From positions 1 to 38,391 of the forward strand of contig JBDTQV010000001.1 of assembly GCA_039932015.1 (NCBI GenBank): a stretch of DNA of 38,391 nt. Direction: 5' to 3'. This DNA comes from Gemmatimonadota bacterium. GTDB lineage: Bacteria; Gemmatimonadota; Gemmatimonadetes; Gemmatimonadales; GWC2-71-9. Positions 8,233 through 20,136 of the stretch are shown piece by piece. The notes below the pieces were generated by a model, which worked only from the letters and a program-made list of their open reading frames with translations, searched no databases and had not been told where the DNA came from. Within the stretch, counting starts at the first letter, position 1. Every line of letters begins with the position of its first letter. A program made the position numbers and the translations under genes.

Positions 8233-8239
8233 CGCGCAA

Positions 8240-8887
8240 GTGACAGACAAGACAAGATTTAGCGGTAACATCGACAGCGGCTCCGAGCCGATCCACACGC
8301 CGGGCGGCATGGCGGAGCCCGCGTCGGACGACGGCCCCAGCGCCGACGGCGCCGATCTCGCATCCACTGATACGTCGCAGCTCCCGTCGTCGCGTACCGA
8401 GGACACCCAGCCACTGTTTGGCGAAGGCAGGACCCCGCATCTCGAGAACGAGATGCAGGAGATCAAGGACCGTCACCTTCGCCTTGCAGCCGAATTCGAT
8501 AATTACAAGAAGCGCGTCGCGCGCGAGCGCAGCGAGCTGACGGATCGCGCGCAGGCAACCTTCATCGGCCGCTTGCTCGACGTCCTCGATGACCTCGACC
8601 GGCTCGTCGCGATGGATGCCTCAGTGACCGCGGAGTCGTTGCGGGGCGGGCTCGCGCTGGTCGACAAGAAGCTCCGGAAAGAGCTCGAAGCGGCTGGCGT
8701 CGAGCGGATCGATCCGGCGGGCCAGGCATTCGACCCGGCGCAGCACGAAGCGGTATCGATCGTGTCGCCGCCCGATCCCAGCCAGGATCACACGGTCGCC
8801 ACGACGTTCCAGACCGGCTACCGCTTCAAGGGCAATCTGGTGCGCCCCGCGCGCGTCCAGGTTTATTCCGAACAGGGGCAGGCATAG
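8240..8887 (+). CDS. grpE: Nucleotide exchange factor GrpE
   Basis: The GrpE core LRLAAEFDNYKKRVARE...LLDVLDDLDRL...FDPAQHEAV...GYRFKGNLVRPARV is present. The ORF start at 8102 overlaps cinA, so GTG 8240 is preferred. ATG 8309 is an alternative. Confidence 0.9.
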   Translation: MTDKTRFSGNIDSGSEPIHTPGGMAEPASDDGPSADGADLASTDTSQLPSSRTEDTQPLFGEGRTPHLENEMQEIKDRHLRLAAEFDNYKKRVARERSELTDRAQATFIGRLLDVLDDLDRLVAMDASVTAESLRGGLALVDKKLRKELEAAGVERIDPAGQAFDPAQHEAVSIVSPPDPSQDHTVATTFQTGYRFKGNLVRPARVQVYSEQGQA

Positions 8888-9997
8888 GTGGCGGCAAAGG
8901 ACTTCTATCAGGTGCTCGGCGTGCCGGATACGGCTGCGCAGGAGGAGATCAAGAAGGCCTATCGCCGCCTCGCCAAGCAGTATCACCCGGACGCCAATCC
9001 GAACAACCCGTCAGCCGCTGAGCGCTTCAAGGAAATTTCCGAAGCGCACGCAACGCTGTCCGATCCGGCCAAGCGGAAGCACTACGATCAGATGCGGCGG
9101 CTGGGTGCGTTCGAGGGAATCAGCCGGCGTCCACCGGGTGCGCCCGGCCGCGGTGGTCCTGCGGGTTCGCCCGGCGGCATGCCTGGCGCCGAGGAAATGG
9201 ATCTCGGAGATCTCAGCGGATTCGGTCTCGGAGACATCTTCTCGTCGATTTTCGGGCGCGGGCGCCGCGAGGAGCCGCGCGGCGATACGCTCGAGGCCGT
9301 CGTCGAGGTGCCCTTCCGTGTGGCGATGCTCGGCGGCAAGGTGCCGGTCACGATGCCGGTCGTCGAGACCTGCCCGACATGCGCCGGCAGCGGCGGCGCG
9401 CCGGGTGCCACGATCAGCACCTGTCCGGAGTGCGACGGTCGCGGCACGATCTCGTTCGGCCAGGGCAGCTTCGCCGTGAATCGGCCGTGCCCGCGCTGCC
9501 GCGGCCGTGGCAAGGTGCCATCTCAGCCATGTCCCACGTGCCATGGTGCCGGCGAGGTGCGGACGGAGCGCCGGGTGATGATTACCGTCCCGCCCGCGAC
9601 CGAGGCGGGCAGCAAGGTGCGGCTCAAGGGTCAGGGCCAGCCTGGTCGCGGCGGAGCGCCTGCCGGCGACCTGATCGTGACCTTCCAGGTGCAGCCCGAC
9701 CGCTTCTTTCAGCGCGATGGACTCGACATCGTCTGCGAAGTGCCGATCAACCTCGCGCAGGCGGTGCTCGGCACGCGCCTCAGGGTTCGGACGCTCGATG
9801 CGAAGAAAGTCGTGCTGAAGGTCCCGCCCGGGACGCAGCCGGGCCGGCGCTTTCGCATCAAGGGGCAGGGACTGGAGAAGAACGGGCGGAAAGGTGATCA
9901 GATCGTGGGCGTTCAGGTCACGCTGCCCGAGAAGCTCAGTCCCGAGCAGGAAGAGCTGATGAAGAAGCTCGCGGAAGCGGCGGGAATGGCCTACTGA
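8888..9997 (+). CDS. dnaJ: Molecular chaperone DnaJ (type I: J domain, G/F region, four CxxCxGxG zinc-finger repeats)
   Basis: The J domain reads DFYQVLGV...YHPDANP. The four zinc-finger repeats are [24 protein letters not shown] and CPTCHGAG. The GTG start abuts the grpE stop. Confidence 0.95.
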   Translation: MAAKDFYQVLGVPDTAAQEEIKKAYRRLAKQYHPDANPNNPSAAERFKEISEAHATLSDPAKRKHYDQMRRLGAFEGISRRPPGAPGRGGPAGSPGGMPGAEEMDLGDLSGFGLGDIFSSIFGRGRREEPRGDTLEAVVEVPFRVAMLGGKVPVTMPVVETCPTCAGSGGAPGATISTCPECDGRGTISFGQGSFAVNRPCPRCRGRGKVPSQPCPTCHGAGEVRTERRVMITVPPATEAGSKVRLKGQGQPGRGGAPAGDLIVTFQVQPDRFFQRDGLDIVCEVPINLAQAVLGTRLRVRTLDAKKVVLKVPPGTQPGRRFRIKGQGLEKNGRKGDQIVGVQVTLPEKLSPEQEELMKKLAEAAGMAY

Positions 9998-12111
9998 GCG
10001 GTACCGGTGCGCGCCCGCTCCATGAAAATCTTCTGGGCTGATCGCTCCGGCTCATCCGGGGCGGGACGCCGCTGCTCGTAGCTGCCGTCGGGCCGCAGGT
10101 CCCAGCTCTGCCGATTGTCCTGCCACATCAGGTCCAGCACCCCGCGGATCATGTCCCGCTGCATCGGATCGCTCACCGGCGCCGCCGCTTCGATCCGCCG
10201 GTCGAAGTTGCGCGGCATCCAGTCGGCTGAGCCGATGTAGACTTCCTCCTTGCCGCCGTTCCTGACCCAGCACGCACGCGAGTGCTCCAGAAAGCGGCCC
10301 ACGAGACTCATCACACGGATGTTCTCGCTGACGCCGGGCAGTCCGGGACGCAGGCAGCAGATCCCGCGTACAATCAGATCCACCACGACACCAGCCTGCG
10401 ATGCCTGATACAACGCCAGAATGACGTCCGGATCCACCAGTGCGTTCATCTTCGCCAGGATCCGGCCGGGGCGGCCGGCGAGGACGTGATCGATTTCGCG
10501 CTGGATCAGCGACAGGTAGCGCGAGCGCATTCCACGCGGCGCCACGACGAGCTGCCGGAACGTCGACGGCGTTCCGAATCCGGTAAGCACGTTGAACAGG
10601 TCGCTGAGGTCGGCGCCGAGGTCGGCGTCGATGGTGAAGAGACCGAAATCCGTGTAGACGCGCGACGTCTTGAGGTTGTAGTTCCCGGTGCCCACGTGCA
10701 CGTACCGGCGCATCGCATCGCCCTCGCGCCGCACCACCAGCATCACCTTCGAATGCGTCTTGAGGCCGACGACACCGTAGCTCACGTGAACGCCGACGTC
10801 CTCGAGCCGCTGCGCCCAGCGGATGTTGTTTTCCTCATCGAAGCGCGCCTGCAGCTCGATCAGCACCGCCACCTGCTTCCCGCGCTCGGCGGCGAGCGCC
10901 AGTTGGCGCACGATGCTCGAGTCGCCGCCCGTGCGATACAGCGTCAGCTTGATGGCGACCACGTCCGGGTCCGCGGCGGCCGTCTCGATGAAGCATTCCA
11001 CCGTCTTGCCGAAGCTGTCGTACGGGTGATGCACTGAGAGGTCACCCTCGCCGATCACGTCGAAGATGTTGCGTCCAGTCGCGAGCCGCTGCGGCACCGC
11101 GGGGTGAAATGGCGGGTCGTGGAGCGCGGGCATGTCGATCAGTGCGAGCGACATGAGGTCCGCCGTGTCGAGCGGGCCCAGCGCTTGGTAGACATCGTCG
11201 TAGGTGAGCGCGAGCGCTGGTGATTCCTGCTCCTCGTTGAACTCCGCCAGCAGCAGCTGGCGCAGCGACTCTGGCATCGATTCGTGGATCTCGAGCCGGA
11301 CGACCTCGCCGAATCGTCGATTGCGCACTTCCTCCTGGATATGGCTGAGGAGGTCGTCCGCTTCGTCTTCGTCGAGCTCGAGCTCCGTATTGCGGGTGAT
11401 CCGGAACGTGTGCCAGCCGAGAATCTCGACGCCGGGAAAGAGCGCGCCAAGGTTCGCGCCGATGATGTACTCGAGCGGTGCGTAGTGGTACGGCGTCGAG
11501 AGCGGCACCCAGCGGGGAAGGATCTTGGGCACCTTCACCCGGGCGAACCGCTCGTCGCCATCCTGATCGCGCAGCATCACCGCCAGCGAAAGGCTCAGGT
11601 TCGAGATGTACGGGAACGGGTGTCCGGGATCTACGGCCAGCGGCGTGAGCACCGGAAACACGTTGCTCTGGAAGTAGCGTTCGAGGTGCTCGCGATCCGC
11701 CGGGGGCAGCTCGCCGAGTTCGGTGACGAGCTCGACGCCATGTTGCGCCAGCGCCGGCATGACGTCCGCAAGCAGGCACCGGCGGTGGCGGCGCGTCTGT
11801 TCGGACACCACCAGGCCGATCGCACGCAGCTGTGCTTCCGGTGTCATGCCGTCCGCCGTCAGCTCGCTCACGCCGGCCGCGACCTGCCGCTTGAGACCAG
11901 CGACCCGGATCTGAAAGAACTCGTCGAGGTTGCTGCTGAATATCGAGAGGAACTTGAGCCGCTCGAGCAGCGGCGTGCGCGAGTCGAGCGCCTCGTGGAG
12001 CACGCGGCCGTTGAACTCGAGCCACGACAACTCGCGGTTGAGATAGAGCGACGGATGGCGCAGGTCGACCCGGACGGCGGGGAGATCGATCGACAGGTGC
12101 AGGTCAGTCAT
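9991..12111 (-). CDS. ppk: Polyphosphate kinase 1
   Basis: The PPK1 N-terminus [19 protein letters not shown] is present, along with both PLD-like C-terminal domains ([28 protein letters not shown]). ATG 12111 (MTDLHL) overlaps the upstream gene's stop by 8 nt and is preferred over 12162. Confidence 0.95.
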   Translation of the reverse strand: MTDLHLSIDLPAVRVDLRHPSLYLNRELSWLEFNGRVLHEALDSRTPLLERLKFLSIFSSNLDEFFQIRVAGLKRQVAAGVSELTADGMTPEAQLRAIGLVVSEQTRRHRRCLLADVMPALAQHGVELVTELGELPPADREHLERYFQSNVFPVLTPLAVDPGHPFPYISNLSLSLAVMLRDQDGDERFARVKVPKILPRWVPLSTPYHYAPLEYIIGANLGALFPGVEILGWHTFRITRNTELELDEDEADDLLSHIQEEVRNRRFGEVVRLEIHESMPESLRQLLLAEFNEEQESPALALTYDDVYQALGPLDTADLMSLALIDMPALHDPPFHPAVPQRLATGRNIFDVIGEGDLSVHHPYDSFGKTVECFIETAAADPDVVAIKLTLYRTGGDSSIVRQLALAAERGKQVAVLIELQARFDEENNIRWAQRLEDVGVHVSYGVVGLKTHSKVMLVVRREGDAMRRYVHVGTGNYNLKTSRVYTDFGLFTIDADLGADLSDLFNVLTGFGTPSTFRQLVVAPRGMRSRYLSLIQREIDHVLAGRPGRILAKMNALVDPDVILALYQASQAGVVVDLIVRGICCLRPGLPGVSENIRVMSLVGRFLEHSRACWVRNGGKEEVYIGSADWMPRNFDRRIEAAAPVSDPMQRDMIRGVLDLMWQDNRQSWDLRPDGSYEQRRPAPDEPERSAQKIFMERARTGTAQ

Positions 12112-12487
12112 CGCGTCGCGCTTGGGCCCTGGGCTCGCGCAACACGAGCGCGAGCACCGCACCGCTGAGTCCGATGATCAGCCCGCCCGCGAAAGCCGGC
12201 AGAAAACCATCGACGGCGAAGCCCAGCTCCCAGTGTCTCGACAGGGCACCGGTCGCGAGCAGGAGGATCGCGTTGATCACGAGCGTGAACAATCCGAGCG
12301 TCACGACGATCAGCGGGCAGGTGAGAATCACGAGTATCGGCCGCAGCAGTGCGTTCACCAGCCCGAACACCGCTGCCACGACCAGGAACCCGGCGGGCGT
12401 GCCGCGGTAGTGCAGTCCCGGCACCAGCCACACGGCGGCGGCAAGAGCCAGCGCATTGACGAGAAAGCGAACCAGCGCGTGTCGCAT
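12104..12487 (-). CDS. DUF360 / phage-holin-4_2 (YvlD-like) family membrane protein
   Basis: The protein is 127 aa with four hydrophobic helices. The motifs FLVNALALAAAVWLVPG and LVNALLRPIL are typical of this family. Confidence 0.7.
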   Translation of the reverse strand: MRHALVRFLVNALALAAAVWLVPGLHYRGTPAGFLVVAAVFGLVNALLRPILVILTCPLIVVTLGLFTLVINAILLLATGALSRHWELGFAVDGFLPAFAGGLIIGLSGAVLALVLREPRAQARRDD

Positions 12488-12489
12488 CG

Positions 12490-14562
12490 TCAGGGTGTCG
12501 CATTGCGCTGCGAATTGTCATCGATCCAGTCCTGCACCGTTCCCCACCATAGCCGGCGATTCCTCGGCTTCGTAATGAAATGGTCCTCGTCGGGAAAGTA
12601 GAGGAATTTCGCGGGCAGGCCGCGCAGCTTGGCCGCCGTGAACGCCTGCAGTCCCTCCGAACGGTCCACTCGAAAGTCGCGCTCGCTGTGCACGACGAGC
12701 AGCGGGGTCGACCATTGGCTGATGAAGTTGGCCGGCGACCACTTTTCCATCAGCGCCCGTCCGGCGGGCGACAGCTGCGACCCGCCGAACTCATACGCCG
12801 GGAACCAGAGCTCCTCGGTCGTACCGGCCATCGAGAGCGGGTTGAACACACCGTCGTGCGCCACCAGTGAGCGGAAGCGCGTAGTGTGGCCCTCGAGCCA
12901 GTAGATCATGTAGCCGCCATACGAAGCCCCGGCGGCGCTCACGCGATCCTTGTCGATGTAGGGCCGCGCCACCAGGACATCGAGGCCCTTCATGAGGTCT
13001 TCGTATGGCGGTCCGCCCCAGTTGCGCGAGATGCTGTTGGTGAATCGCGCGCCGTACCCGGTCGAGCCGTGGAAATTGACCGCCGCGACGACGTATCCCC
13101 GCGCCGCAAACAGCGCGTAGTTCCATCGCGTGTGCCACTGGTCGAGCCATGCGCCCTGCGGGCCGCCATGGATCAGATAGATGAGGGGATAGGTTTTCTT
13201 TGGATCGAATCCTGGCGGCCGCATCACCCAGCCATAGACCGAATCGCCGCCGGATCCGACGAACCCGAACGGCTCGAGCGGCGCGACGCTGAGCCGGGCG
13301 AGCTGCATGGCATTGATGCGCGTCAGCGGGCGGATGTTCCGGCCGGTCGGGTCGCTGCGATAGATCTCCGGCGGCGTCGTCGCGTTCTGGCGGACGAACA
13401 CGAGAAAATCGCCGAGCGGCGACGGCTGTGCGTCGGTGTTGGTCCCGCCGCCCACCAGCCGCGTCTGTCGCCCGCTCGGCACTTCCACGGAGTAGAGCAC
13501 CCGCTCCCCGCGCTCCTCCAGCTCCGCGATCAGCGAGCGGCTGTCCGGCATCCACGAGATCGCGAGAATGCTCGCGTCCCAGTTCGGTGTCATCGGCGTG
13601 CGGCGGCCGCTGGCGCGCTCGTACAGGATGACTTGCTGCCGGTCGGATTCGAACCCCGGCACGGCGCTCGCGAGGTAGGCGATGAAGCGGCTGTCGGGCG
13701 AGTATGCCGGACTGTGGTCGTTGGCGCGATTGGTCGTGATCGCCTGGCGCGCGCTGCCGTCCGGCCCCATGACGACAATGTCGTTGTTCGTCGAGCTCGC
13801 AACCATCGAGTCGGCATTGAGGACAAAGGCGAGCTCGCTTCCCACCGGCGACACCGCCACGTCGCGGCCGCCGAGCGCGAGCGTCGGCACGTCACGATCG
13901 ATTGGCGTGATGTCCTGCATGCGATTGTCGGCGAGGGTGAAGCGATAGATGTGCTGGCGCATTCCCGTGCGCCACTCGTTCCAGTGGCGGTAGAACAGCG
14001 ACGTCCAGATTCTCGCCTCGGTGGGGAATTCGCCGTTCCGCCGATCGATCTCCTGCGTCACCGGCCATTTCGTATCGACCACCAGGAAAATCGCCTTGCC
14101 ATCGGGCGACCAGACATAGTCGCTGACGCCCCCGGGCACACTCGTCACCTTCGTCGCGTCTCCGCCGCGGAGCGGCAGCCGCCACACCTGCGAGGTGCCG
14201 TCGCGGTTCGACAGAAATGCGAGCGAGCGGCCGTCCGGGGCCCAGCGCGGCGCGCGGTCGCTTCCCGGCCCGGCGGTGACGGGCTTGCCATCGCTTCCGT
14301 CGCTTCCGACCACCCAGATCTTGGAAACGTTGCGATTGTCGGGCAGCGACGCGGTGGTCACCGTGAACGCAACGGAGATGCCGTCCGGAGACACCTGAGG
14401 ATCGGCGACCGTCCGGATCGCCAGAAAATCGTCGATGGTCATGGGCCGGCGCTGCTGGGCGGACGCCGGCGCGAGCGGGAACGCCAGCAGAACGCCAATG
14501 CACGCCCCCAGTAACGCGCTGGCGCGTCTGCAGCATTCCCGGCTACGCAATGACCCCGCCAC
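12490..14562 (-). CDS. Secreted S9 family serine peptidase (beta-propeller plus prolyl-oligopeptidase/acylaminoacyl-peptidase alpha/beta-hydrolase domain)
   Basis: A signal peptide ends in ...APASAQ. TolB-like propeller repeats are present (SPDG..., [17 protein letters not shown]). The catalytic serine motif is GASYGGYM and the C-terminal region contains D...H. The GTG start overlaps the mnmA stop by 20 nt. Confidence 0.85.
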   Translation of the reverse strand: MAGSLRSRECCRRASALLGACIGVLLAFPLAPASAQQRRPMTIDDFLAIRTVADPQVSPDGISVAFTVTTASLPDNRNVSKIWVVGSDGSDGKPVTAGPGSDRAPRWAPDGRSLAFLSNRDGTSQVWRLPLRGGDATKVTSVPGGVSDYVWSPDGKAIFLVVDTKWPVTQEIDRRNGEFPTEARIWTSLFYRHWNEWRTGMRQHIYRFTLADNRMQDITPIDRDVPTLALGGRDVAVSPVGSELAFVLNADSMVASSTNNDIVVMGPDGSARQAITTNRANDHSPAYSPDSRFIAYLASAVPGFESDRQQVILYERASGRRTPMTPNWDASILAISWMPDSRSLIAELEERGERVLYSVEVPSGRQTRLVGGGTNTDAQPSPLGDFLVFVRQNATTPPEIYRSDPTGRNIRPLTRINAMQLARLSVAPLEPFGFVGSGGDSVYGWVMRPPGFDPKKTYPLIYLIHGGPQGAWLDQWHTRWNYALFAARGYVVAAVNFHGSTGYGARFTNSISRNWGGPPYEDLMKGLDVLVARPYIDKDRVSAAGASYGGYMIYWLEGHTTRFRSLVAHDGVFNPLSMAGTTEELWFPAYEFGGSQLSPAGRALMEKWSPANFISQWSTPLLVVHSERDFRVDRSEGLQAFTAAKLRGLPAKFLYFPDEDHFITKPRNRRLWWGTVQDWIDDNSQRNATP

Positions 14563-15601
14563 CGAGCACGCGGCCTTCCGGGCCGTACAGGACCCCGGAC
14601 TGGCCGGGTGTGATGGCGCGCGCCGGCGTCGCCAGTGCGAGCTCGATCGAATCGCCGGTCACGCGGATGACGGTCGCTGGAATACCGCGCGCCCGGTAGC
14701 GGATCTGAACTTCGCACTCATCGCCCTCGGCCAGCGGCGCCGTGAGCCAGTTGAGCTCGTCGAGGTGCACTCGATGGCCTGCGAGCTCCGCGTCCGAGCC
14801 GATGACGACCTCGCGCGTGTCCGGCCGGATCGCCACGACGTATCGCGCCGCCGCCGCCCCGCCCGGCAGCCCCCGACGCTGCCCGATCGTGTACCGCGCA
14901 TACCCGCGGTGCTCGCCCACCCGTTCGCCGGTCGTCGTCACCAGCGGTCCCGCGGCGAGTGCCGGCGCATCGGCCGGCAGGTGCTTTTCCAGTACGGCGG
15001 CGTAGTCGTCGCCGGGCACGAAGCAGATTTCTACCGATTCGGGCTTGTCCGCCGTCGTCAGTCCGAGCCGCCGCGCGTATGCCCGAGTCTCTGCCTTCGT
15101 CATCTCGCCGACGGGCGTAAGCATCCGCGCAACCACCGCGCGATCGATCCCCCAGAGGAAGTAGGTCTGATCCTTGGCGCGATCGTCGGCGCGGAACAGC
15201 CCGCCGTCGCGCGCGACGGCGTAGTGGCCGGTCGCAATGTGGTCACATCCCAACGCATCCGCGTGCGCGAGCAGGTCGCGAAATTTCGTAAACGAATTGC
15301 ACCGCACGCAGGGGATTGGCGTCCGTCCGCGGCTGTACTCGCTCACGAAGTTCTGAATGACGTGGAGCGCGAACCGGTCTTCAAGGTTCAGCACGTAGTG
15401 CGGAATGCCCAGCGCGTGTGCCACGTCGCGGGCATCGTTCATCGAGTCGAGCGAGCAGCACGGCCGGTCCGGAACATCGTCCCCATGACAGAACAGCTTC
15501 ATGGTGGCGCCGACGACGTCGTATCCCTGCTCGACCAGCCGCGCCGCCGCCACCGAGCTGTCCACCCCGCCGGACATCGCGACCAACACTTTTTCACGCA
15601 C
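14543..15601 (-). CDS. mnmA: tRNA 2-thiouridine(34) synthase MnmA
   Basis: The PP-loop reads [15 protein letters not shown]. Conserved cysteines are present (CCS...; IPCVRCN). The overall length is typical for MnmA. The GTG start overlaps the upstream stop (GTGCGTGA). Confidence 0.95.
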   Translation of the reverse strand: MREKVLVAMSGGVDSSVAAARLVEQGYDVVGATMKLFCHGDDVPDRPCCSLDSMNDARDVAHALGIPHYVLNLEDRFALHVIQNFVSEYSRGRTPIPCVRCNSFTKFRDLLAHADALGCDHIATGHYAVARDGGLFRADDRAKDQTYFLWGIDRAVVARMLTPVGEMTKAETRAYARRLGLTTADKPESVEICFVPGDDYAAVLEKHLPADAPALAAGPLVTTTGERVGEHRGYARYTIGQRRGLPGGAAAARYVVAIRPDTREVVIGSDAELAGHRVHLDELNWLTAPLAEGDECEVQIRYRARGIPATVIRVTGDSIELALATPARAITPGQSGVLYGPEGRVLGGGVIA

Positions 15602-16781
15602 GGCCGAGCACTCCGGCGAGCTTCCGCACCTTTTCTACGACGGTGGGAAACACCTCGGTCGCGCGGTCGATGTCCGCCGCGGTCGTGTCGTGCCCGAGGC
15701 TGAACCGGATCGCACCGAGTGCGGTCTCCCGCGGGACGCCCATCGCCGTCAGTACGTGCGACGGCTCGATCGCGCCGGTCGAGCAGGCTGATCCGCCGGA
15801 CACCGCGACGCCGGCGAGATCGAAGTGCATCAGCAATGCCTCGCTATCCGCGCCGGCGACCGAGACACTCAGGATGTGCGGCGCGCGCGGCGAGCTCGCC
15901 GCATTCACCGCCTCATCAGCGGCCGCGGCCGTCAGCCGCCGCGCCAGCTCGTCTCTGAGCCCTTCCAGCCGCTCCGCTTCCGCCGCCTGTTCGGCCGCGG
16001 CGAGGCGCGCCGCGCAGCCGAGCGCCACCGCCCCGGCCACGTTCTCGGTGCCGGGCCGGAGGCCGTATTGCTGACCACCGCCGTGGATGATTGCCTCTAC
16101 TGCCTTCCGGTCCCGCACGATCAACGCACCGATGCCCTTGGGCGCACCGATCTTGTGCCCCGAGAGGGTGAGCAGCGTACAACCGAGGTCGGCGACGGAG
16201 ACCGGGACCTTGCCAAACGCCTGCACCGCATCGGTATGAAAGATCACGCCCGCGTCGCGACATCGGCCAGCGATTTCGGCGACCGGCTGCACCACGCCGA
16301 CCTCGTTGTTCACCCACATCACCGACACGATGGCGGGTCGCTCGGCCAGCGCGCGGTCTAGTGCGTCAAAATCGATGACGCCGTCGCTGCCCACCGGCAG
16401 GATGATCTCCCGACCGCCCAGGTGACACACCGCATGTGCGGCAGCGAGGATCGCCTTGTGCTCGATCGCCGACACGGCGGCGCACATCGACTCGCCGCGG
16501 TCGCGCGCAACCAGCGCCGCTCCCACGATGCCGAGGTTGTCCGCTTCCGTTCCCCCGGACGTGAAGATCACCTGGCTCGGTTCCGCACCGACCGCTGCAG
16601 CGATCTCGCGCCGCGCCTGTTCCAGGCCCGCCCGCGCCGCGCGCCCGAACCGGTGCCCGCTGGACGGGTTGCCGAATGCGGTATTCGTGAGGTACGGCAG
16701 CATCGCCTCGAGAACGGCGGGCCGGACCGGCGTGGTCGCCGCGTGGTCGAGGTACACCGGGGTGTGCATGGTCATAAACAT
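15594..16781 (-). CDS. Cysteine desulfurase, NifS/IscS family (PLP-dependent)
   Basis: The N-terminus contains [10 protein letters not shown]. The PLP lysine motif is [14 protein letters not shown] and the active-site loop is SGGSACS. Three closely spaced ATGs (16781, 16775, 16769) could each be the start. Confidence 0.9.
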   Translation of the reverse strand: MFMTMHTPVYLDHAATTPVRPAVLEAMLPYLTNTAFGNPSSGHRFGRAARAGLEQARREIAAAVGAEPSQVIFTSGGTEADNLGIVGAALVARDRGESMCAAVSAIEHKAILAAAHAVCHLGGREIILPVGSDGVIDFDALDRALAERPAIVSVMWVNNEVGVVQPVAEIAGRCRDAGVIFHTDAVQAFGKVPVSVADLGCTLLTLSGHKIGAPKGIGALIVRDRKAVEAIIHGGGQQYGLRPGTENVAGAVALGCAARLAAAEQAAEAERLEGLRDELARRLTAAAADEAVNAASSPRAPHILSVSVAGADSEALLMHFDLAGVAVSGGSACSTGAIEPSHVLTAMGVPRETALGAIRFSLGHDTTAADIDRATEVFPTVVEKVRKLAGVLGRA

Positions 16782-16816
16782 AGCGCCAGTACGGGGTTAT
16801 TGGCTATCGCATCACC

Positions 16817-17533
16817 TTACATCGACGGGACACCGAGCGTCACCACGTCATCGATGGCGACGGTCTCATGGGTAAAGAACGGCTCGCCGAACCGCGTCCG
16901 GATCAGCGACCCGTAGTGCGCATTCTGGGTCTCGACGAGCGCGTACAAGTCCTGGCCGGTCGGAAAAATTTCCCCGGCCGCCTGTGCGCCGTCGAACTGG
17001 CTGCCATAGCATCGGATCGCGGCCATCTTCCGCTCGAACTGGGCGGTGATGTCGACGACGAACGTGGGCTTGACCGGGTCTTCCCGATATGCGAGCGAAA
17101 ACAGAATTTTGACCGGGCGGTGCGGCGGTCCCTCCGCATCGTAGCGCGCGAGCCCCGCGAGAAAGCACGCGTCCCGGCTGAGTTCCGATGCGATCCTGTG
17201 ATCGGGGTGCCGTCCGACTGGAAAGGGCAGAATGACGACGCGGGGCGCAAAGTGGCGGATCTGCTCTACCACCACCCGGCGCATCTCGTCGGAATTCGCC
17301 AGGTGCGCATCCGGCAGACCGGCGTTCCGGCGTTCCGAGACGCCCAGCACGGCGGCCGCACGCTCCGCCTCCTCGGCTCGCAATGCCGCACTGCCGCGAG
17401 TGCCGGTCTCGCCAGCGGTGAGGTCGAGGATACCCGTCTGATGCCCGGCGTCAGCCGCCTTGAGGAGCGTCCCGGCACAGGTCAGCTCCACGTCGTCCCG
17501 ATGCGCGGCGATGGCGAGCAGGTCCACGGGCAC
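16817..17533 (-). CDS. bshB1: PIG-L/LmbE family deacetylase, most like the bacillithiol biosynthesis deacetylase BshB1
   Basis: The motifs AHRDDVEL, DLTAGETGTRGS and HPDH are present, and the length from GTG 17533 is BshB1-like. That GTG has GGAGA 7 nt upstream. The maximal ORF start at 17617 is the alternative. Confidence 0.75.
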   Translation of the reverse strand: MPVDLLAIAAHRDDVELTCAGTLLKAADAGHQTGILDLTAGETGTRGSAALRAEEAERAAAVLGVSERRNAGLPDAHLANSDEMRRVVVEQIRHFAPRVVILPFPVGRHPDHRIASELSRDACFLAGLARYDAEGPPHRPVKILFSLAYREDPVKPTFVVDITAQFERKMAAIRCYGSQFDGAQAAGEIFPTGQDLYALVETQNAHYGSLIRTRFGEPFFTHETVAIDDVVTLGVPSM

Positions 17534-17629
17534 GGGCGGTTCTCCGAAAATGGGTTGTGCGGCGGGCGGCTTATGCCACAGTGCGGGGAAGATGGCGACG
17601 ACCGTGCGCCCGGCCAAATGGTGCTGCCG

Positions 17630-18873
17630 CTATTCGTGCCGCAACGCTTCCACCGGATCCATGCGTGACGCGCGATTGGCGGGATACAATCCGAACACCA
17701 GCCCGATGGTGATGCTCACGGCACACGCCACCAGCGCGCTCCAGAGCGGCACCTCCGACCGCAGGTTCAGTCCCCGCTTGATCAGCTCGCCGGCGCCGAG
17801 TCCCACGACAATGCCCAGCAGGCCGCCGATCAGCGTGAGCGTCGCGGCCTCCACCAGGAACTGCCAGAGGATCTCGTTGCGCGTCGCACCGAGTGCCTTC
17901 CGAAGGCCGATCTCGCGCGTCCGGTCGGTCACCGACACCATCATGATTGCCATCACGCCGATACCGCCGACGAGGAGCGCCACGCTGGAGAGCGCCACCA
18001 TCGCGACGAAGAAGTAGGTGGTGAACTTCCCGATCACATCGAGAATCTGGTCCTGCGTAATCATGTCGAACGTATTCGGGATGCCCGGCCGCAGATTTCG
18101 CGCCCGCCGCAGCGCGACCGTGACCAGATCCTGCGCCGCCGGCACCGGTATGCCCGCGCGCGGCTTCACGGCGATGAAGAGATTGTTCGTCTCGTCGTAG
18201 CGAAAGTTCTGCCGCGCCGTCTCGAACGGGACCACGCCGCCGATCGCCTGACCCGGCGGCTCGAAGATGTTGTCCGGCTTCTGATAGATCCCGATCACGC
18301 GCATCGCGCGGCCGTTCATGCGGATGCTCTGGCCCAGCGGCTCCAGTTGTCCGAACAGACGCTCGGCGACGGACGCCTCGAGCACGACGACCTTGTCGCC
18401 GTTCAGCTCGCCGCGGGTGAAAAATCGGCCGTGGAGCAGGGTGCCGCCCTGGATTTCCATGTAGCGATCGTCGGCGCCAAAGGCGGTGAGCGTCTGCGTT
18501 CGAGCCCCGACGTATTCCATCTTGACGAAAATCTGCGCCCACATCGCCGAGTAGGCGATATCGGGAATGCGCCGGATGGCGGCGGCGTCCGACTCGCGCA
18601 CGATCGGGCGAATGCGCACCTCGAAGGGCAGCCGGTCGGGATTGAGCGGCGTCTGCGAGAAGTAGCGGATGACGTAGAAGACGCTCGGGCCCGCCGTCTC
18701 GATCGCCGTGAAGATCTGCGTCCGGATACCCTGCACGATGGACGCCATCGCCATCACCGTCGTCACGCCGATCACGACGCCAAGGATCGTGAGCGCTGAC
18801 CGGAGCTTGTTCGCGCGGAGCGCGTCGAGCGCGATGCCGACGCCTTCGGCGATGTTGGGGAGGCGCGGCCGAT

Positions 18874-18877
<4 letters not shown>
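17630..18877 (-). CDS. MacB/FtsX-type ABC transporter permease, type B (fourth permease, P4)
   Basis: The topology is one N-terminal TM helix, a periplasmic domain of about 230 aa, then a three-helix FtsX domain. Motifs shared with P2 are AEGVGIALDALRANKLR, LVGGIGVMAIMMVSVTDRTREIGLRKALGATR and MDPVEALRHE. Confidence 0.85.
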
Positions 18878-20118
<1,241 letters not shown>

Positions 20119-20136
20119 ACCGGGAAAACTAACCGG

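Noticed and set aside
8173-8239. CIRCE (TTAGCACTC-N9-GAGTGCTAA) or a sigma32-type promoter upstream of grpE
   Set aside because: - There is no CIRCE-like inverted repeat.
- CCCTCCTTGCTC...TTATCTT only loosely resembles sigma32 or sigma70 elements, and the spacing is wrong (about 13 nt).
13640-13660. GGATTCGAACCCCGG, a tRNA T-arm-like string
   Set aside because: It lies inside the S9 peptidase coding frame and has no flanking acceptor, D-arm or anticodon-arm complementarity. I found no tRNA anywhere in the window.
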